Source of the DNA: an uncultured virus (IMG/VR IMGVR_UViG_3300009104_000003)
Taxonomy: Duplodnaviria; Heunggongvirae; Uroviricota; Caudoviricetes
IMG/VR virus record: IMGVR_UViG_3300009104_000003
Direction: 5' to 3' (one strand)
DNA: 64,000 nucleotides
Positions 62,746 through 64,000 of the stretch are shown here, piece after piece. Made by a program: the position numbers and the translations under genes. Every line of letters starts with the position of its first letter. Within the stretch, counting starts at the first letter, position 1. The notes below the pieces were generated by a model. That model was not told where the DNA came from. It searched no databases and saw nothing but the letters and a program-made list of their open reading frames with translations.

Positions 62746-63999
62746 TTAGACCATAATGTCGTCAACTCTGAAAATACGGAAATAAGGGTTAGCCCTATCA
62801 GTACCAGTTCCGTCAACAGCGACGAAAGGATTGGTAACCATACCATATCTTGTTTTGAACCCAATACGAGGTTGGAAGTCACTCTCGCCGATCGCTTTGA
62901 CCATAGTCAAAGGAACGTACGGGCAGTAGAACATACCAGCGTCATAAGGATTAGATCCGCGATACCCAACACATGCGAAATCGCCAGTTGAATAAGGATC
63001 TATGTAGACTTTTAAGCGTCCGTTAAGAACTCCAGCAAAAGTATTGCCAGTGTCATCAACAGATAGTCCAGTTGAAAGTGCAGGAGAGTAATCCATTACA
63101 CCTGAAGCTGCTAAAGCTGAAGCTACGTCAGAAGAACAAAGTACAAAGTTACCTTTTCCTCTACGAGTTTCTTTAGCAATTACGTTAGCTTCTCTTTCGA
63201 GTTGCATAACTAGGCCTTTGAATTTCTCTGCCATCCATCTACCATCAGAGTCAGTTCCGACATCAAAGATACCAGAAACTGCTGTGCTAGATTGAAGCGC
63301 ACCAATTTTTGCCTTCGTTAGAATTGTTCTAACAACTTCTCTATTGATTTCCGCAAGGATTTCAGCAGATAGAATATTAGCCAATTCACCTTCAGCGTCG
63401 AGGCCATGGATAGCTTTCAGATCTTGTGCTAATTCCATAGTATACTCAGCTTTCAGCGCTCTTGATTTAGCTGTAACGGTTGATTTCTCGATTGAGAAAG
63501 CCATTTCAGCGAATGCAGCACCAACTCCACCTGAAGTACCACGGGCTTCCGCAGTAGCTGTTGGTAAACCAGTACCAAATGTGCTAACAGTATCAGCAGT
63601 ATCGGCAATGGAACCATCGGTGTCGGCATCAGTAACACCTACTAATCCAGTTGGATCAGCTTGGTGAGTACCAGTACCTGAAAAGTCAGTATCAGCTTCA
63701 TCAAATAACGCTTCAGTTCCGCCTTGGGTTGTGTAACGAGATTTCATTGCGAAGATAAGGCCAGTTGGTCCAGACATTGGTTGGACTCCAGCTATATCAT
63801 ATGCAATCAAATTAGGCATTGCACGCCTAACTAAAGAAATTAAGACTGGATCGAAATTGTCGACACCAGAACCAGTGACGTTAGCCGCTGCCTCAGATAT
63901 ATCTCCAAAAGATCTTTGTTGTCTTTCTTCCCTTAGGGCTACTTCTTGGTTTTCAAGAAGACGTGCAGTAACCGCTTTTCGATATTTGTCATCGATCGC
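62746..63999 (-). CDS. 23: Major capsid protein gp23 (5' end outside the window)
   Basis: LLENQE, DPVLISLVRRAMPNL, GVQPMSGPTGLIFAM, SRALKAEY, FQPRIGFKTRYG; frame stays open to the window edge. Confidence 0.98.
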   Translation of the reverse strand, partial: AIDDKYRKAVTARLLENQEVALREERQQRSFGDISEAAANVTGSGVDNFDPVLISLVRRAMPNLIAYDIAGVQPMSGPTGLIFAMKSRYTTQGGTEALFDEADTDFSGTGTHQADPTGLVGVTDADTDGSIADTADTVSTFGTGLPTATAEARGTSGGVGAAFAEMAFSIEKSTVTAKSRALKAEYTMELAQDLKAIHGLDAEGELANILSAEILAEINREVVRTILTKAKIGALQSSTAVSGIFDVGTDSDGRWMAEKFKGLVMQLEREANVIAKETRRGKGNFVLCSSDVASALAASGVMDYSPALSTGLSVDDTGNTFAGVLNGRLKVYIDPYSTGDFACVGYRGSNPYDAGMFYCPYVPLTMVKAIGESDFQPRIGFKTRYGMVTNPFVAVDGTGTDRANPYFRIFRVDDIMV

Positions 64000-64000
64000 T

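Noticed and set aside
1..64000. Alternative genetic code, and remaining plus-strand ORFs as real genes
   Set aside because: Core genes are full length under the standard code and end in TAA, TAG and TGA; the plus-strand ORFs lie opposite confident genes and lack recognisable motifs.

Overview
This window is 64 kb of an AT-rich, T4-like (myovirus-type) bacteriophage genome, with essentially every gene on the minus strand. Read in the direction of transcription (right to left) it contains: major capsid gp23 (partial), gp3, uvsY/uvsW, gp55, gp47/46, a CobS/CobT-like pair, gp45/44/62, regA, hsp20, gp43, an AEP-type primase candidate, tRNA-Ala and tRNA-Asp, a pyrimidine-modification cluster (MTase, Nmad1-like, dCMP-type thymidylate synthase homolog, asparagine-synthetase-like amidotransferase, dCMP deaminase), bS21, uvsX/gp40/gp41 and DNA ligase. 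It continues with a 12 kb late array of proteins carrying T4-type capsid-targeting N-termini, RimK, spanins, ACP, nrdAB/nrdC, RNase H, lysozyme, IscU/IscA and secreted Asn/Thr-repeat proteins. The host-derived genes point to an aquatic proteobacterial host (inference). The most unusual signals are: recurrent CGCG-rich islands written into coding sequence by synonymous codons; the cytosine-type modification operon; the array of putatively head-packaged enzymes; a candidate -1 frameshift; a pseudoknot 8 nt after an in-frame stop; and an intergenic RNA perfectly complementary to the 16S rRNA 3' tail. All assignments come from motif recognition and synteny by eye. No searches were run.
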